DNA from: Macrostomum lignano
Taxonomy: Eukaryota
Assembly (NCBI GenBank): GCA_002269645.1
Contig: NIVC01000191.1
Span: 1-38,148 of the forward strand
Reading direction: 5' to 3'
DNA: 38,148 nucleotides
The notes beneath the pieces are model-generated. The model was not told the DNA's origin. It did not search any database and saw only the letters and a program-made list of their open reading frames with translations. Shown piece after piece: positions 34,746-38,148 of the stretch; position 1 is the stretch's first letter; every line of letters starts with the position of its first letter. The position numbers and the translations under genes were made by a program.

Positions 34746-35920
34746 GCGGTGTCTATTTTTAGCACTCAGAATTCCCAGACTTCTCATTCCCGTCCGCGGG
34801 TGCACTCGACCCCAGCCTACACGGACCAATAGCAGCGTTCCTTGGCATATCTAGCGTACTATCACTGTGCGCACTGTGTGGACTCTCTAGGCTAGCCTGT
34901 GTGGGTCCACACGTGGACTCACTGGCTAGCCAGGTATTTTTTGTGTAGTGGATTGTCTGGCTAGCCCACGGCCGTTAGGTGGGCGTTGAGTTTAGTCCGA
35001 TATTAACCAAAAAATCTGGACTAGTTGAATAACTTTTTAAAAAGCCAACAAATGTTACTCAACACAGGGCGCCTCTTCTATGCCCTTCCTACTATAGCTA
35101 TAGTAGCTCGTAGAGTAAATTGTAGAGAATTCCTTGTACAGTGAGAGATTTAGAGTTAGACTTCGAGTGTTCATTGTCCGTATGAGTGTAAACAGATGGA
35201 CAGAATCTATGTGTATTGTAAATTCAGATAGGATGGATGAGATGAATTTCGTTTCGGAAGTATCGGGTTTATAGGGTTTTTGTGTACACTTCCTTCCTTT
35301 ACACAAAGTACGATTAAACTGGCTGTATATACGTACGAGCTTGGTCTCTAAACGGAATGAAGTTATAAAATGACGCTTTGAGACTGGTACGAAGCCTCCG
35401 TGCCGGAGAGGAAGGCGAAGGCCTTTAAAGAAGACCAATTCAGATCTATTTTTGGAAACAATTACAACCGCTGGGGCCAAGACCGGAGTCTAAAATTGGC
35501 AGGCGGAGGAAACCAACGAGCGCAAGTTCTCCTTCGTTTATTTTTCTCTCTCTCTTTTATAGTATTACAGGCAAAAATGGCGTACGTATTAAAACTAATT
35601 AAAGATACAGAATTAGGCTAAAAGCTACTATTGATGCTATTTTACTACTTAACAATACTAAAAACATATATTTATTAGGCACAGAATTCTTCAATCGAAT
35701 ATAAAAAATAGTCGTATTTATAAGGCAATGTATAAGTATAGTAGGCAAGGAATAATGGCTCTTACAATTGGCCTTCCTGGCTTGAAAATTTGAATGAGTA
35801 ATGAGTGAAAATTTTCAAAAAAGTACTAATAAAGCAATAGTGAACAATACACACAAAATTAAAACATAGATTATGGAAACAAAATGATGTACTAAAAGTT
35901 TTACGCATGCAAAATGAATG

Positions 35921-37300
35921 TCAAATGCTACTAAAACATATTAAACTCGCTTGGCAGTTGATTACGATACGGCCAGCCGCACTCCTGGCCGAGCCAGCGA
36001 ATTTCGAGGCCGAGGCTCTGCTCGTTGAAACGTCGAGGGCCGCGCCGAAGGTCCGATAGTGCGTAATGCACAGCGCGCCTCCAGGCAGCGACTGCGTGCA
36101 CGGCTGCAGTTGGCGCAGATTATTTAAAACCGGCCGCAGAGTCTCGCGCTGTGGGAATTCGCGTCCGTCTCGAAACCTTCCAGCCTGAACCAAGTACAGC
36201 TTAATGGCCGTAATCAGGCGGCGGTAGCTGGCACGCTGAGCCTCCGGCAGGCTCTCGACAGCTTGTGTGAAGTTACCGCCGATTTCGCGCAGCGGCTGAT
36301 CCTGCCTGACAAAGCCGGCCATCAGGGGCGGTATGCCAGAATCCAGTGGCTCCATTTTGATCGGCGGAGCGGGGCGGGGACGCGGCTGGTTCATCGGCCG
36401 TACTCCATAATTCGGCGGCGGGTGACAAGAGGTTTCACAGGCTGCTGCTTCGGCGGAGATCGGGAGCGGGGTCGAGACTCTTGTTGCGCTGATGAGGGAC
36501 GGGGTCCAAGTCTCTTGCGGATGGGCGGCGGCGGGGCTTCACTCGTGCTCAAAACGATAGCCGACTTGGTGTTGGGGGGTTGGCGTTGAATGGCGGCCGG
36601 GGAGATAGCAACTGGCACGTCGGCGTGACGCTTGAGCAGTGCTACTCGAGCTTCCGAGATGGATGGCGACGGGCGGGCGTCTGAGGTGGATGGCGGCGGA
36701 CGGGCGTCTGAGGCGGATGACGGTGGGCAGGCGTTTGAGGTGGATGGCGGAGGACGAGTCACAACCGAGGCGATGCGGGGCTTGGGACCGGGCTTACTTG
36801 GTCTCGTAGGCTGGCGCTCGGGACAGGCAAGTCGCTATCTGATTCGTCGTCGAACTCATCAGCGTCAGAATCGCTGAGGCGGAGGTCATCCTCTAATTGC
36901 CTAAGACTCTCCTCGGAGTACATGATTGGGGACTGATTGCTTGATCAGTATAGGGTCTTAAAAATCGCTTGGATAGTAGAAATTTTAAAAGTCGGGCTTG
37001 ACAGTAGTGATTGCGGAGGATTCGGGAATTTCGGAGAGCAGGAGGCTTGGGATCTGATTGTGCAACGGCCTAAAAATGCTTATATTTACTGACTATTGTT
37101 CACAGACCAGGGAGGTCCTCTTGTTTTCGTGACCAACCTCATTTTTCTACGCTCTTTGGGCTCTAGTTTCTTTGTCGATCGATAATTTGAGGGGTCCTTT
37201 GTGCATAGCAAGGGTCTAGTCGAGGGCTCTCTTTGTCTAAAATTTGGGTCTGTTGGGCGAATGGGGACGGCGAGGGAGGGTAGGAAGGTGTAGACGGGCT
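35921..37300 (-). pseudogene. Disrupted extra ORF downstream of pol (Pro/Ser/Arg-rich N-terminal part, helical C-terminal domain)
   Basis: ORFs 36391-36762 and 35921-36394 overlap by a frameshift in a GC-rich, codon-like stretch; upstream part has several stops; no family recognised. Confidence 0.45.
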
Positions 37301-37386
37301 AAAATTCTAAGTTGCGCAAGAGGTTTAGTGTTAATAGTAGTCTGTCTAGATGACAGTTGCAACGCTGTTTATTTTGGGTGGGGGCC

Positions 37387-38148
37387 TTAAATTGTAGGGT
37401 GACGGCGCGGGGTTCGGATCTCGCGGGCAGAGAGAGGGGGTTGGGGCTGAGGGATCTCTTCGTTTGGGGCCTCACTCTCTGACTCATCGGTCATTTCATT
37501 CTCTTCCTCTGTTTGGGCTTCACTCCATTCTTCTGGCTGGATTTCATTGTTTTCTTCTTCTAACTCTTCGTTCTCTGCTTCTCTAATTTGGCATCTCCAA
37601 TTAATTTCTTCTTCATCGGATTCTTCTTCAGATTCAACTGGTTCGGGCAAGATTAATTTTTGGGAATTTCGGCTGGGTTGGCCTTCCTTAATTACAGGTT
37701 GTCTCTTAGGTTTAGCGGAAGTGGGGTGGGAACAGGGGCGGAATCAGGGGCATCTCGCTGGCCTTCCTTAGTGATTTGTTCTGGGGTTGAGTTCGGGACT
37801 GGAGTTAGGTTATCTCGATGCACGAGCATTTCTTTCCCTACTAATTCTCCTTCTTCTTCTTTCTGGACTTTGAAAACCACTTCTGATAGTTGGGCTAAAA
37901 CTCTAAAGGCGGATCTCTTCTTTCGGTGGAACTTGTGGGATTCTTCGCTATCTAGCTGGGGTTATTAATCAGTGCAAGGCAACCTATAGGGATTCTAGGG
38001 GGTAACTTGTTAGTTTAAGCGGCGACTTGTCTTTTCTCTACTACTTTTTCCAACTTCTTCTTGACTATCCTATGAGCTTCCTCTATCTTTCGCATGCTTA
38101 GTAATGTAGGCGGGATAATCAGCGTGTTCTGCTGTACTTCTGATCTGA
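37387..38148 (-). mobile_element. Decayed Gypsy/Ty3-type pol C-terminus (integrase C-terminal region and acidic tail); continues beyond the window
   Basis: Minus-strand reading IEEAHRIVKKKLEKVVEKRQVAA*TNKLPPRIPIGCLALINNP / frameshift / HKFHRKKRSAFRVLAQLSEVVFKVQ..EMLVHRDNLTPV, then an E-rich tail ending SAREIRTPRRHP, as expected for the post-catalytic integrase region. Confidence 0.65.

Overview
Repeat-rich eukaryotic (metazoan-like) DNA with GT-AG introns; no prokaryotic features and no CRISPR array. The style (microsatellite-filled introns, TTTCAG-type acceptors, ~150-bp satellite) suggests an invertebrate such as a macrostomid flatworm, but that is inference only. In order: a higher-order satellite (1-1692); an AT-rich spacer; a co-oriented + strand cluster made of an intact three-exon CxC-KDZ (Kyakuja-Dileera-Zisupton) transposase (4528-7318), a double-C2H2 zinc-finger ORF and a spliced double-C2H2 + PR-Set7/SETD8-like SET methyltransferase gene, the last two bracketed by a 292-bp direct repeat in which I found no differences; a degenerate GC-rich multi-exon gene; several tandem arrays; a multi-exon gene predicted to encode an HMG-box-like, Ala/Thr-repeat, RGG-box protein (about 18.8-26.1 kb) with microsatellites and an 8-bp-TSD MITE in its introns; nested MITEs; a 21-bp minisatellite; a 1.15-kb tandem duplication; a tRNA-like sequence; and the decayed 3' part of a Gypsy-type LTR retrotransposon on the minus strand with an extra ORF. 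The best candidate for an undescribed system is a KDZ transposon carrying a zinc-finger-fused H4K20-type methyltransferase. All exon joins were worked out by eye; no database search was run.
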